Of a stretch of 64,000 bases of DNA, positions 25,324-38,276 are shown piece after piece (position 1 is the stretch's first letter; every line of letters starts with the position of its first letter). The stretch covers positions 12,834,001-12,898,000 of the forward strand of contig JBHGNT010000008.1 of assembly GCA_043228905.1 (NCBI GenBank), given 5' to 3'. The position numbers and the translations under genes were made by a program. The notes under the pieces were generated by a model. The model was not told where the DNA came from, ran no database searches, and saw only the letters and a list, made by a program, of their open reading frames with translations. The stretch comes from Azolla caroliniana (lineage: Eukaryota > Plantae > Polypodiophyta).

Positions 25324-28300
25324 ACGCCGACTATCCCGCTTGGGAGCAGGCCGCAAGCCGTGTGTTGTATTGTTTGGCATCATGCATACATGATCATATG
25401 CTGGGATATATCAAAGAGGCAAAAACGCTAAAATAGGCGTGGGAAAACCTCAAGAAAATCTTTGCGGCCAATACGGCTGCACAGAAACTCCAACTTCGAC
25501 AGGAGCTAAACAATCTGCAAAAGAGGGATATCTTGATCACAAGTTACACCTTGAAGATCAAGGAACTATGTGACGCTCTTGGTTCGATCAATGTCATCAT
25601 CGATGATGACAAGATGGTGCAGATATGCCTCAATGGCTTAGCACCCCGATTTGGCTCGATTAGATCGGCCATCCTTGCGAGAGAGAATCATCCTTCCTTT
25701 TCTGATCTCCAATTATTATTGCTTGTTGAGGAGAATCACATGCGTCAAGGGAACAACACACATGACGAACAAATGATGTATTCGAATTTCGATGGACGAA
25801 GAGGACACGGTCGCAGGAGGAGAGGCCGACACAATCATGAGCGTAACCCCCACCAATGGCAAGCGGACAGATCCAGTCCCAGAGAGTTCGGCGGAAGGGG
25901 GAGTCATCACGCCCGACCAAGCAATCGTAGAAAGCCAATCGAATGCGGGTACTGCGGAAAACTCGGCCATTACGAGGACGAGTGCCGAAAGAAGAAACAT
26001 GAGGCAGACCGACAACTTACTAATTACGCTTCGAATTCCGGCTACGGCGACCGTGGTGGAATGTTCATAATGAAACATGAAGCGCACTCGATGTCTGCAC
26101 AGGCTTCAACTAGCGCCTCCGCCTCAAATAATGTATGGTTTGTCGATTCAAGAGCGTCAAATCACATGATGTCTCATGAAGATTGGTTTCGGGAACTACG
26201 GATGCCCAAACGTCCCAGATATGTCGAAACAGGAGATGACATGACTCATGCAATACAACATATCGGGAACATCCCATTCAGAAACGACGGAAAACAAACC
26301 TACCTCAAGAATGTACTGCATGTCCCCACCATCACGAAAAACCTGGTCTCAGTCGGCCAGATTGTCGGAATGCAAGTACGATTCAACAACGACGGGTGCT
26401 TCATCGAAACAGGCGGTCAAGTCGTAGCTCACGATTGTCGTGAAGGCCGTATGTTTATCCCCGAATCGAACAATGTAAGATATCCATGTTCGCAAAGGGC
26501 CTCAAAGTCGAAACGGACTTAAATTTGTGGCACAAAAGAATTGGCCACATCAATCTCCAAAAACTTTAGAACATGCAATCGAAAGGAGTGGTAATCAGAC
26601 TCCCAAACTTTATCGCGAAGGAGATTACGGGCGTATGCGAAGCGTGCCAATTCGGAAAGCAACACCGACATCCATTCCCAAAAGAGCGGAATGTGAGCAA
26701 AGGGATCCTGGATGTCGTACATTCAGATGTATGGGGACTAGCCCAGACAAGCACACTCGGCGGATGCTGATATTACGTTACATTCATCGACGACTTCTCC
26801 AGGAACACCTGGATCTACCCGATAAACAAAAAAGCGAAGTGTTCGGATACTTCTAGAGATTCAAAGCCGAAGTCATCGGCATGTACACTGCCTTCGATCG
26901 GATGGAGGCAAAGAATACTTTTTGGATGAGTTTACAGCGTATCTCCGAAAGGAAGGAATCCGACAAGAATTCTCATGCCGTCACTCACCTCAGCAGAACG
27001 GCGTAACTGAGCGTAAAAACCGGCACATAGTAGAAGTCACTCAAGCTATGATGAATGAGAAGAATCTACCGAAATCATATTGGGCAGAAGTGGCGAACAC
27101 GACCATATACCTCATGAACAGGTGCACAACCTCGGGAGTACACGACATAACCCCGCATGAGCAGTTCTTTGGAAAGAAGCCGAACTTATCACACCTACGT
27201 ATTTTCGGCACAATCGCGTATGTACACATTCCCAATGATATGCAACAAAAGCTCAATCCGAAGTTGGAGAAATGTATCCTCATAGGATACTCACTTGAAT
27301 AAAAGGGGTACAAATGCTACAACGCATCTACCCAAAAAGTTCGAACAAGCCGAGACGTAGTCTTTGACGAATACACATCCTGGTACGCACCAGAGAATAC
27401 TTCGACTCCAACTCCGCTCGTTGCGGATGATGTCTAAATAGAAATAGAAGCTGAGGATATGCTCATGTAGATGTTTGAAGACAGCCCAATCTCGACATGG
27501 CTGAGTGGGCCATCAGAGCCGCCAAGCGATCAAAGCACATCTCGGTCGAGTCTGAAGCTGGACAAAGGGAAGGAGAAAATGCGGGAATATGAAGATCAGG
27601 AAGAGACTGGGGTGCTTCACTCTCTCGATAGTGAATTTGAAGGTCTCGATACTCACATAAATGGAACGAGGAAAGCCATAGTACCCACGGATGCAGAGCT
27701 ACGCCGGTCCACTCATGAAAAAAACCCCGTAAGTTGTTTCGGTTATGACGAGTACATGGCATATCATTACGCATTCATGATGAAGGTAGCATTAGTACGG
27801 GATTCAGAGACTCTTTCCGAAGATGTACGGGATCCACGATGGGTCGATACAATGAATGAGGAAATGGAAGCGTTATGCAAAAATGAGACCTGGGATCTCG
27901 TTCCTCACCCTCCGAACAAGAAAGCAATTGGCTGCAGGTGGATTTACAAAGTGAAACACAATGTCAACGGCTCCGTAAATCACTTTAAAGCATGGCTCGT
28001 TGCAAAAGGATACGTGCAAATGCACGGTGTCCACTACGAAGAGACCTTTGCCCCGATGGCAAAGATAACAACTATGCGGAACGTAATTGCCATCGCGTCA
28101 GCAAAAGGGTGGCATCTCCACCAAATGGGCGTCAAGAAAGCCTTTCTTCAAGGCGAATTGGAAGAGGAGGTGTACATGATCCAACCACCCGATTTTGAAT
28201 CGCGCAGTCATCCGAACATCGTGTGCTGACTCAAGAAGCCTCTCTACGGCCTCAAACAAGCACCACGTGCGTGGCACTCGAAGATCACACAGTATCTTCA

Positions 28301-29209
28301 TCAGATCGGATTTCAAATGTCAAAATCCGATACTTCTCTGTACATCCGAAACGAGTCGGATAGCTCAATTGTCATCATCCTTTACGTGGATGACTTGGTC
28401 ATCGAAGGAAAAGATCTAGCCGAGATTAACAATGTCAAATCACTTCTCTCTAGCAGATTCGAAATGAAAGACCTGCACAAGCTCCATTACTTCCTAGGCA
28501 TTGAAGTAATTCAAACACCAATCGGAATAATGATATCCCAACGACACTACGTCCTCAACTTACTCTACAAGTTCGGAATGACGGAGTGCAAACCTGTGTC
28601 TACCCCTCTCGATAGTAATTTCAAGATCGATGCTAACTCTGGCACGGCTGAGAGCGAGCCGACTTAGTATCGTCAACTGATCGGTAACTTAATTTATCTA
28701 ACCATCACGCGACCCGACCTCAATTATATCAGTCGGCCTGCTTAGTCAATTTATGCAAAATCCGCGAAATCTTCATCTGGGTTGCACTAGGCGGAGTATG
28801 ACATCATGTATAAGTCGAATACGATCATTCGACTCGAAGGGTACACAGATGCAAACTGGGCAGGATACAAAGAAGATAGAAGATCTACATCTGGATTCGT
28901 CTTCTCTCTTAGTAGCGGAGCGATCTCCTGGAGCAGTAAGAAGCAACTCATAGTGGCACTGTCGAGCATGGAGGCCAAATATAGGGGCGCGACGGTCGCC
29001 ACATGTGAAGTTGTATGGCTCAAGCGTATACTGAAGGAGTTGGGCGTACTCATCAAAGATCCAATTTGTCTATACTGCAACAACATGAGCAGTATCTACC
29101 TGGCATGGAACCCCGTATTCCACGCGCGGACTAAGCACATCGAAGTACACTATCATTTCATCCGCGAACGCGTACAGGCTGGAGATATTGATTTACAACA
29201 TATCAGTAC

Positions 29210-29477
29210 TGTTGAAAAACAGTGCTCGGCCACAACCGAGGAATAGGATCAACTCACAGAAAACGGGAAATACAAAAAATGCACGAGGACAATAGAGAGA
29301 AAAGGTACACTGGATATTTTACGTGGAAAACCCTAAATGGGAAAAACCACGGGAGTCCTCAAACTCCAACTATCACTATGAACAGGGATGTACACTGGTG
29401 AAGCTGCAAGGCAACAACCTTGAGCTCACTGTCTTCGCCACAGGCGGCGGTAATACACAGAGGCAACGACCTCTTCG

Positions 29478-29508
<31 letters not shown>

Positions 29509-29872
29509 GCTGCTCTCACTTCGCATAAAAAATGAGCAACAACATAAAACTGATTGCCCTAAGTCATATTTATACACATATGACTTTCGGGCTATTTACA
29601 AATATAGCCTCAAGGGCTCTTGGCAAAACATATTCACAAATATGTCCCCGCATCCGGATCTCTCTCCGGGTACATTCGTCATCCGGCTCCGTAACCGGGG
29701 TCTTCAGCATCCGGCTCCGTAACCGGGGTCTTCAGCATCCGGCTCCGTAACCGAGGTCTTCAGCATCCGGCTCCGTAACCGGGTACTCTTCATCCTACGG
29801 TTCTGTAACAGCCTCCGGGCTTGCCGTCATTCATCTCCGGACATCCCATCCGGAGGGACCGAAATCCCAACA
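29210..29872 (-). mobile_element. Solo LTR inserted in Copia-3 RNase H, containing a 28-bp tandem repeat
   Basis: TGTTGAAAAAC...AAATCCCAACA interrupts HIS|THLQVADIFTK. ATCCGGCTCCGTAACCGGGGTCTTCAGC occurs ~4 times at ~29680-29790. TSD eroded. Confidence 0.85.
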
Positions 29873-30264
29873 AACGCACCTCCAGGTTGCTGACATTTTC
29901 ACAAAAGCCCTTGGTATCGACAAGCTACGGCAGTTCGCGTCGAACCTTGGCTTATCTCTTCCCGACCAGCCGAGCTTGAGGGGGAATACAAAAAAGTGAA
30001 GCCGAACAAGGAGTACGCAACGAAAAGCCGAACAATCGAAGTTCGAAGCATTCCGAAGACCGATATCCGGAAGTTGTGTTCCAAGGGGCGTGTTGAGAAT
30101 CGAACTCGACTTCCCATAGAAATAGGTTTCACACTAGCTCATGGAAATACCATGCTAGTTTTGTAAATAGTAGAAAAGGGCCCTTCCCTAGTTTAGCTGG
30201 TATTTAAACCAACCCTTTGTAACCTTGTTACTGTTGGAAGTATTTTGGTTGGATGTAATATATA

Positions 30265-30335
<71 letters not shown>

Positions 30336-30641
30336 CGCCTTATGTGCATACACACACACACACAGTCCTTTTGTTGCATCTCAGCAACTCTTACTCCTCA
30401 CCCTCTTTACAATATTAAATGATACTACACACACCAAGTTATCTAAGACAACTTAAATCGGCTCTGACTCCTCTATGATTTTTCCAGAAGCAATGGGACG
30501 ACCATCAATAACTACTACAAATGTTGGGCAAGAAAGTTTTCTTAGGGATATCTGATGAGCTTGGGCAAAATTCCTATCCATGAAGCAAGAGTTAGCTCCA
30601 GAATCTAAGAGTGCTAAGACATGTACTCCTCATACATGTCT

Positions 30642-33600
30642 TATCAACTCCGTGGATACAAGTCCACAAGCTTGAACAATAGCTTTTGTATAGTCCCATT
30701 AAAGGACTCCACCAATCCATTACATTGTGGGTGATATGGAGTAGCTCTTTTATGTGCAATCTCCAAATGAGTGACCAAATCTTTAATAAAATCTCCTCTA
30801 AATTCAGGACCATTATCTGTAACTAACTCCAAAGGCACACCAAATCTACATACTACTTGTTCAAAAACAAACCTTGCCATTTCTTTGCTTGTTGCAGTAC
30901 GTGTAGCCCGTGCTTCTCGCCATCGTGAAACATATTCTATTGCTGACATAATTTATACTTTGCCACTAGTAGAACTAGGTAATGGCCCAATGATATCTAA
31001 ACCCCACTTAGAGAATATCTTATAGCTAACAATCCTCCCTGGAGGTTCAGGCATTAATCTTCTTTGTTGATATAATTGACATTCATGACATGACCTACAC
31101 CAATGTACCACATCCCTAATAATACATGCTTGGCCATGTTACTTGAGTTTGCACGATCTTCCTTTTAGTATATTCTATTCCAAAATGGCCTCCACATCCT
31201 TCCTCATGACACATAGACAAAAATCCTTGAATCTCATCATGTCATAATACACGTTTAAGCACCCCATCTATATCTTTCAAATAAAAATCATCATGTATTA
31301 TCACATACCTTTGTGCACAACATGTTACGACAAGACGCCTATGATATGGGAGCTCTTTTCTAGCCCTTCCTATCCTTAAAACATATTCCTCCTCTTCTAG
31401 GCTCTCTCGACCTTTGTACGATGGCATATTTATAACATGCACTCCCACTTCTTGTGCTACTGTCTTGCTTGCTTGCTAGCTCATGAGCCCTTGCATTCTT
31501 ATCTCTTGGGATATGCTGAAATTGACACTCCACAAACTAGCGTTGCAATTGCATCACTTGTTGGAGAAGGGGACGAAGACTTCCACGCCTCCTGCACTTG
31601 TCTTATAACCAACAATGAATCTCCCTTCACCATCAAACTTCTAATTCCTTTTTCCATGCATACTTGTAAGGCATGAATTAAGCTAAGATACTCAGCCTCA
31701 TTGTGACTATTCGCTTCAATGTGATCACTTCCACTCCATAACTCATGGCATTCTCTATTCACGAAAGCATATCCAATTCCTGCAATCTTTGTTTTTTGCT
31801 TAAAAGCACCATCAAAATATAATACCCCTTCAAACTTTTTCAACATTATTTCAGACTCATTGATTGGTTCGACATGATCATCTATCTCTTTTACCCTCTT
31901 AGTTGACACAAGCTCCTTATAGGTAAGCAAATCCGCCATCTTAGACCTAGTAGTTTCTTCTTTAATAAAACTTACTTCAAACTCTCGTATAATCATCATC
32001 CACCATTTCATACATGGGCTATCTCTTGGAAATCTTAACATATGAGGGAGCAAAGCACATGAAGTTAAAACTATTGTGATTTGTCCTAACAAATACAACT
32101 TCCATTTTTGGAGGGAAAACACCAATGCCCATACAAGTTTTTCTTCTTGTGTCCAAGTCTTCTCTACCATTGACATCTTCCTACTAATATAATATATTGG
32201 ATGCATATATGATTGCTTAATACCTTTTTGCATTAATACTGCACCTACTGCTTCAACACCCAAACTCAAACTAACGTAGAATGGTTGATCCCAACTAGGT
32301 GACATTAGGATGGGTAGAGTACTCAATCTATCTTTTACTTCTTCAAAGGCATTTTGCTCGACTCTTCCCCACACAAAGGGATCTCTCATTGAGGCTCTTT
32401 GCAGTGGTTGAATATACTCTACCAACATTTGAAATGAATGTGAAAGATATCGTACCTTTTGTACGAAGCTTAATAATTGCTTTGTAGAAGTCGGAGCATC
32501 CATCAATAGTAAAGATTCTAATTTACTTGGATCAGGGGCAATCCCATTAGCACTAACTTCATGCCCAAGTAGAATAATTTTACTATGTGCAATTTTGCAC
32601 TTATTAGGATTCAATTGACCTCCATCTCCATCTATTTTAGCAAAAATTTGATCAAGCTTTTCTACATGACTCTTTCTATCACTATATATTCCTATGTCAT
32701 CCATAAATGACCTTGCAAATTTTCCAAAGAAAGGACTTAACAACCTATCCATCCATCCTTGAAAAGTTTCATAAGCATTAACTAACCCAAAAGGCATCCT
32801 ATTGTAACAAAATACACCCCATGGAGTGATGAAACTAGTCAACTTTTAATCTTCGGGTGCAATTTCTATTTGAAAATATCCTCAAAAACCATCACATATT
32901 GAATACCTTTCATGTCGCACCACTTCATCCAATATTTCATCTTGGAAAGGCATTGGGTAATGATGTCGCGTGGTTGCTGCATTTAAAGGTCTGAAATCCA
33001 CACATACTCTCCACTTGCCATTCTTCTTAGGCACTATGACCACTGGGGATATCCAATCAGCATCATCTACACGTCGAATAAATCCAGCAACCAACAACTT
33101 GCTTACCTCTTCTTCCAAAATCTCTCTTCTTATATTGCCTAACCTTCTGAATTTTTGAGGAACTAGCATTTCATTGCTATGCAACTTTATCTCATGTAAC
33201 ACATAATGTGTTCCCCTCATCTGAGTATACTCCGTAGCAAACAACTTAAGATACTTATCAAACAACATGGAATATTGGTTTCTCTCTTCTTCAGTCAAAT
33301 TGGGAGATAACGTTACCATGAGTTCCTCCTTGGGCACATTGGGCTGACTTTTGGTGGGTTCTAATCCAATACCACATAGGTCGACTCCTATGTGTAATTC
33401 CTCATCCTCTTCACTTGAAGAAAAGGATTCCTCATCTGAAAATTCTTCAACATCATCTTGCCCTTCTTCTTCTTCTTCTAGTCTACCATCTGGGAAATAA
33501 AGTAATTGTCCAGGTGTCTTCATATCACACTTCACTCTCTGACCATGAGGCTTATCGGTGAACAATTCTAATTCCCCACGATGCCAATCTTGTCTCACTT

Positions 33601-36260
33601 TCATACCCATCAACCATGGTCTTCCTAGTATTAGTGGATAAGCCCTTGGTCTTGCTGGCATGACGTGCAAATCCACCAATACTTGTTGCCATAACACATA
33701 CAACTTTACTTGCTCTGCTACTCCCACACATCACACTACTGCATTATTTGCCATATTCATGTTATATGCATGTTTTCTATTAATCTTTAATTGTAATCTT
33801 CTTGTCGTATCCTCCGTTATGACACATACTTGTGCACCACCATCTACATATGTTGGGGCCACCACTTTCCCTTGACACCAAACTTCTAGTACTGGCAACA
33901 AATATTTTTCATGACTGTAACATATTCGAGGAATATCTTGAGTATCTACTCTACCTATAGTATTAGTTGCCCTTCTACCCTTCTTAGAAATACTCACCAT
34001 TTCCCTCCACTCTCTACGTAGCTTAGGAACTAATTCTAAAGCTTGGGCAAAGGTCATATCCACTTTTCTTTCTTTCAAGTCATTCAACAAGGAATATGAT
34101 TCTTGATTTAAACCTAATGGATAATCCTCGATAGCTATCCTCCTCTTTGATTCTAGATATTTCATTCATTGCTTATCCCTATGCTTACTAGGTTCTCCCT
34201 CTTGTGATATTGCTCCATCTTTCACTTTATTATGCAACCTAGTTCGCATTCTTGATCCTCGTGCTCCTCTACACGAGCTCTCTTTCCCACTAAAACATCA
34301 TATGAATCCCCATCTAACATGACCTTCCCACATGTTGTATTTAATGCATCCTTTACATTATCATTCTTCTTAAACTCAATCAAATTAATACCATGAGAAT
34401 TTACTTGAATTTGTGACCTTTGCTCTTCTACTCGTCTTGGAATCGGGGCAATACCTCCTCCTTCGCGCTTAGGATGTAGGCAATTTGGTGAAATATGCCC
34501 TCGTTCAAAACAATTATAACACTGCACATTGGGATTTTGCCTCCCAATATCTTTCTTTTATTGAGAAACTTGCATAGACCTTGTAAGTTCAGCTTGGTTG
34601 ATACAAAGCTTGCTTACTTCATCAGCCATCTTTGTCATTTTTTGTGCAAGATCCATGGCCCCACTTGTAGAAGACTCTCGCGGTGAAGACACATCATGAC
34701 TTTTCTCATGTACCTTGTGAACGTATGATGTCGCACCTTCAATAGCTCCATCATCTTCTTTCATGTCCCTCCCAAGCTTTCTCATCCTCTTTCTCCATTT
34801 ACCTATTGCCACTTCTTTTGCCCTTTCAAAAGATTCAAGTTCCTTATCATCTACCTTCTCTTTAATATCTTCATGCAAGGCCACAATAAATTGGTCATGC
34901 TTCATAAAATCGGGTGGAACTTGCTCATTTCCTAATCTCTCCAATCTCCTATATAAATCTTCAAACTTCCTAATAAAATCCCTAATATCCTCTTCATAGC
35001 CTTGCCTTACCCTTCTAATATTCTTCCAAATAGCTTTTGGAGTCTCAATTTTTTGAAATTGGGTTAACAATGCTTGTTGCAAACGTGCCCAATCATTTTT
35101 TACCTCTATAGGCACTAACCTTACATAACCATCTAAAGCCGGCCCATCCAACAAAAGGCTTATCATTATCGCTACATCAACATCACTCTTCCTAACTTGT
35201 AGAGCCCAAATCTTCAACCGACGCATGAATTGCACCATATCACTATTCGTCCCGATGAAAGGCTCACTAAAGAGATCCACCATTATTTTGAAACATCCAA
35301 GTGCCAAAATATGCAACAAATATAATAATACCACCAATTCAAATATTAAAATACTTGGCCTTGATTATAACAGAACCGAAATTCCTCGGTAGTTGTCAAG
35401 ATTGGTCCTCAGTGGGGGCACCAAAATGTGTTGCTCAAGAATTTGCCTCTCAAAACTCTAGCACAATACATCTAGAAACACACAAGGCACATCATCATGG
35501 GGCACCATAACAACATCTTTGAGTTTAAGAAAGACCACAAACACAAAAGGAGATGAATGGGTATGACAAAGACAATCAATGAAGAAATATGAGAAGGGAG
35601 GATCTATATCAAGAGTTGATAATATTATATATATATATATTCTCACTACACCAAAGAGGGTTTAAAATATTTTATGATAATCATTCATGTACAAAAAATA
35701 GAGATTGGAATTGACAAAGATATGTATCATAATCTATGAAAAGAGGAAATGAGAATGAAAATAGAGTATCTACTAACAAGACGGATATAAAAACACACAC
35801 TACATCAAGAGAGATCTTCTCAGGCTATCCTATTCTCAAGGCTTCCACACTTATACTTATATACTATAGGGTCTTAGTTGTTAGTTCTTGCATGTATCTT
35901 GCCACGTGTCACACATGTAACACTTCAGCCACTTTCCTTTGCATGCAACCGATAGATTTTGGACTTTGGGTATGAAGACGCTTGATTCTATCCATATCCC
36001 CTTCTAGACATTTGTAGCACGTTGAGCAAGCTTTCCAAATAATGTTTATTTATTTAAATCCAATATTCCCTTGAAATATTACGACGGAAACATTGACTGC
36101 CTATTGTAAAGGCATTCTTTGACTAAGCCACATCAATTCATCTTGATTCTTCAAATCTACCTTCGACTAAAGCATCCACCATCATGCCTAAAGTGTCATA
36201 ACCAGCTTGTGTCCATATTTTACTATCTTTTAACCACTTTGTTGAGCACAAGTATCTACA
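30642..36260 (-). mobile_element. Ty3/Gypsy Tat-clade element, 3'-truncated, with additional archaeal-type RNase H
   Basis: 5' LTR ~35427-36260. PBS-like TGGTGCCCCCACTGAGG. Gag 34558-35337, CYNC knuckle, protease YVDGGAQ, RT (WISPVVIVPKKNGKWRVCVDFR; FMDDI), RNase H, aRH (LYFDGA..NEAEY..GDSLLV) and integrase (VTDNG, YHPQCNGLVE). Confidence 0.88.
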
Positions 36261-36557
36261 ACATGACAACGTGAGATGTGCATTAATAGCTTTTCGATCA
36301 TGCGTTTTTCTTCCAACTAAAGCTTTTCCCTAAAAAAGATGTGTGAAATAACCTTTCTATGTGAGACATTTACTTTTCTAACGCTCATAATGTGTTAGTA
36401 GAATGGTAAGGCTTCAAATTATTAACATGGAGGTATAAGGTTTGAATGTTGCCTTGTGCATGTAACGTTTATTTTAGTATTTTATTCTAATTCTTTATAT
36501 TTATTTAATCGGGTACTCCATACATATTTCATGTAATGTATGAAGTACACTACGATA
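36261..36557 (-). mobile_element. Terminal fragment of the 24623-25323 family, opposite orientation
   Basis: Ends ACACTACGATA, the reverse complement of T(G)TCGTAGTGT. Followed by GCGT and Copia AYMAKVAE. Cut by the Tat LTR at 36260. Confidence 0.7.
36391..36455 (+). ncRNA. tRNA-like Pol III cassette, copy E
   Basis: TAGTAGAATGG (36396-36406)-32 nt-GGTTTGAATGT (36439-36449). Confidence 0.6.
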
Positions 36558-37272
36558 GCGTATATGGCGAAGGTGGCGGAACGACGTGAGCCAGAGATCT
36601 ACGCAAAGGTGGTGAAGGACACAAATTGGCGAGCCGCAATGGAGGAAGAGATGCGCCAAAGTGAAATACAACCGCCTTGGAAGGCATACTAATCAACCAA
36701 CAACACTATGTATTGAGTATGCTCTTCAAGTTCGGAATGACGGATTGCAAATCCGACTTGACTCCTCTTGATAGGAACGTTAGCTCGGATCATGGTTGAC
36801 TTGTGACGCTACACGGTTCCGACAAAATTGTTAGAAGCCTTATATATTTGACCATCACCCGGTCGGACCTTAGCTATCTGGTAAGTTTGATTAGTCAATT
36901 TATGTCGTAGCCAATGTCCAACCACCTTCAATGCGTGCATCGAATCTTGCGATATGTGAGCGTCAGGAAGAATAGAGGGTTGCTATATCAGGCAGGTGTA
37001 GTCGAATAGCTAGACGACTACACAGATGTCGATTGGGCCGAAAATACCGGTGATCACAGGTCAACATTCGGATATGCGCTTTCACTTGGAAGTACACGAT
37101 CGCATGGAGTAGTAAGAAACAATCGACAATTGCATTGTCAAGCACAGAGGCCGAATACAGAGGAGCGGCTGTCGCGACATGCGGAGCCATACGGCTCAAA
37201 AGGCTCTTGAAGGATCTACATATGGAGGTGTCCAAGTCGACAATTATATACTATGACAACCTCAACAACATC

Positions 37273-38080
37273 TAGGAATCGGCAACAGTTCGGTTTAGGC
37301 TTAACCGGTTTGTCCTTATCCAAGCCAAATTGGTTAAGCCTAAACCGTTTTGGGGTTCTCAAACCTGAACAGAGCAAATCCCTAAACCGGTTTGGGACGA
37401 AAAAGCTTTAGAGGTGTGAAGAAACCCAAAAAACACCACTACCACTACCACTTCTACTCTTCTCCTCCTCCTTGTAACTCCCACCCCCTTAGCATGCCCC
37501 CCATCCCCATCCTTCTCCAAATTTGACATAGCCCCCCACCCCCATCCTCCTCATCTTCCTTTATAGATTGCTACTGCCCAACCCTTTCCAGACCTCAATA
37601 TGCCCATTCTTGATTGCTATTGCCCATTCCTCAACCACCTTTAGGTCGAGCTTGCCGCGTCCTAGGTCCTATGTCAAACTCAAGAGAGAATTTGGAACTA
37701 AAATTTCACCTATATGTATAGAAAGGTATATAACAACAAGGAGGAGGTCCACTATGTAGGCTCCCTCTCCCTCTCTATCCACTATGCATGCTCCCTCTCC
37801 TTCTCTGTCCCTTCCTCTCTCGTCACTCAACAATCTGTTGCCTATGGCTTCCTATCAGTCTCTCTCTCAACTTTTAAATTCTAACTTCCAAATTCTCACT
37901 ATCTAATTTCTAATTTTCTAAACCCTAATTATTAAATGGCTTAAACAGTTTGAGTTGGTTTGGTAAGGCTCAAGCGGAGCTCAAACCGTTTAGGTAGGTT
38001 GAAGAATAAACCGAGTTGAGCTAAGCCGTTAAGCCATTTAAAACCGGTTTAGACTTGAGACGAGCCATTGTTGATCCCTA
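37273..38080. mobile_element. hAT-type non-autonomous DNA transposon (MITE)
   Basis: TIR TAGGAATCGGCAA...TTGTTGATCCCTA. 8-bp TSD ACAACATC/ACAGCATC. Subterminal AAACCG/CGGTTT repeats. Excision restores LNSIQL. Confidence 0.88.
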
Positions 38081-38276
38081 ACAGCATCCAACTAGTGAAG
38101 AACTTCGTCTTCCACGCTCGCACGAAGCACATTGAGGTGCATTATCATTTTGTCCGCGACCGAATTCTCTCCGGTGAATTGGAACTTGTGCATGTTCCGA
38201 CTGATCAACAAGTTGCCGATATCTTCACCAAACCTCTCGACTTTGACAAGTTCCAACATTTTTCGAGTATGCTTGG

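Larger units (their letters stand above)
24057..30411 (+). mobile_element. Full-length decayed Ty1/Copia 'Copia-3' with two nested insertions
   Basis: LTRs 24057-24364 and 30091-30411 with (CT)n. TSD ATATT. PBS 24365-24376. Gag, protease, integrase, RT and RNase H fragments. Confidence 0.95.
14683..30630 (-). mobile_element. Ty3/Gypsy chromovirus split by two Copia insertions (pieces 14683-18317, 24018-24056, 30412-~30630); gag and 5' LTR missing
   Basis: 3' LTR 14683-15122 with (GA)n. Chromodomain YEVATILDS..ERTWEP, integrase, RNase H ([22 protein letters not shown]) and RT ([19 protein letters not shown]). The protease LLDSGANSCF at ~30580-30620 reads continuously across both Copia TSDs. 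Confidence 0.9.

Noticed and set aside
29680-29800. CRISPR-like array
   Set aside because: The units are head-to-tail with no unique spacers, there are no cas genes, and the context is a eukaryotic LTR.
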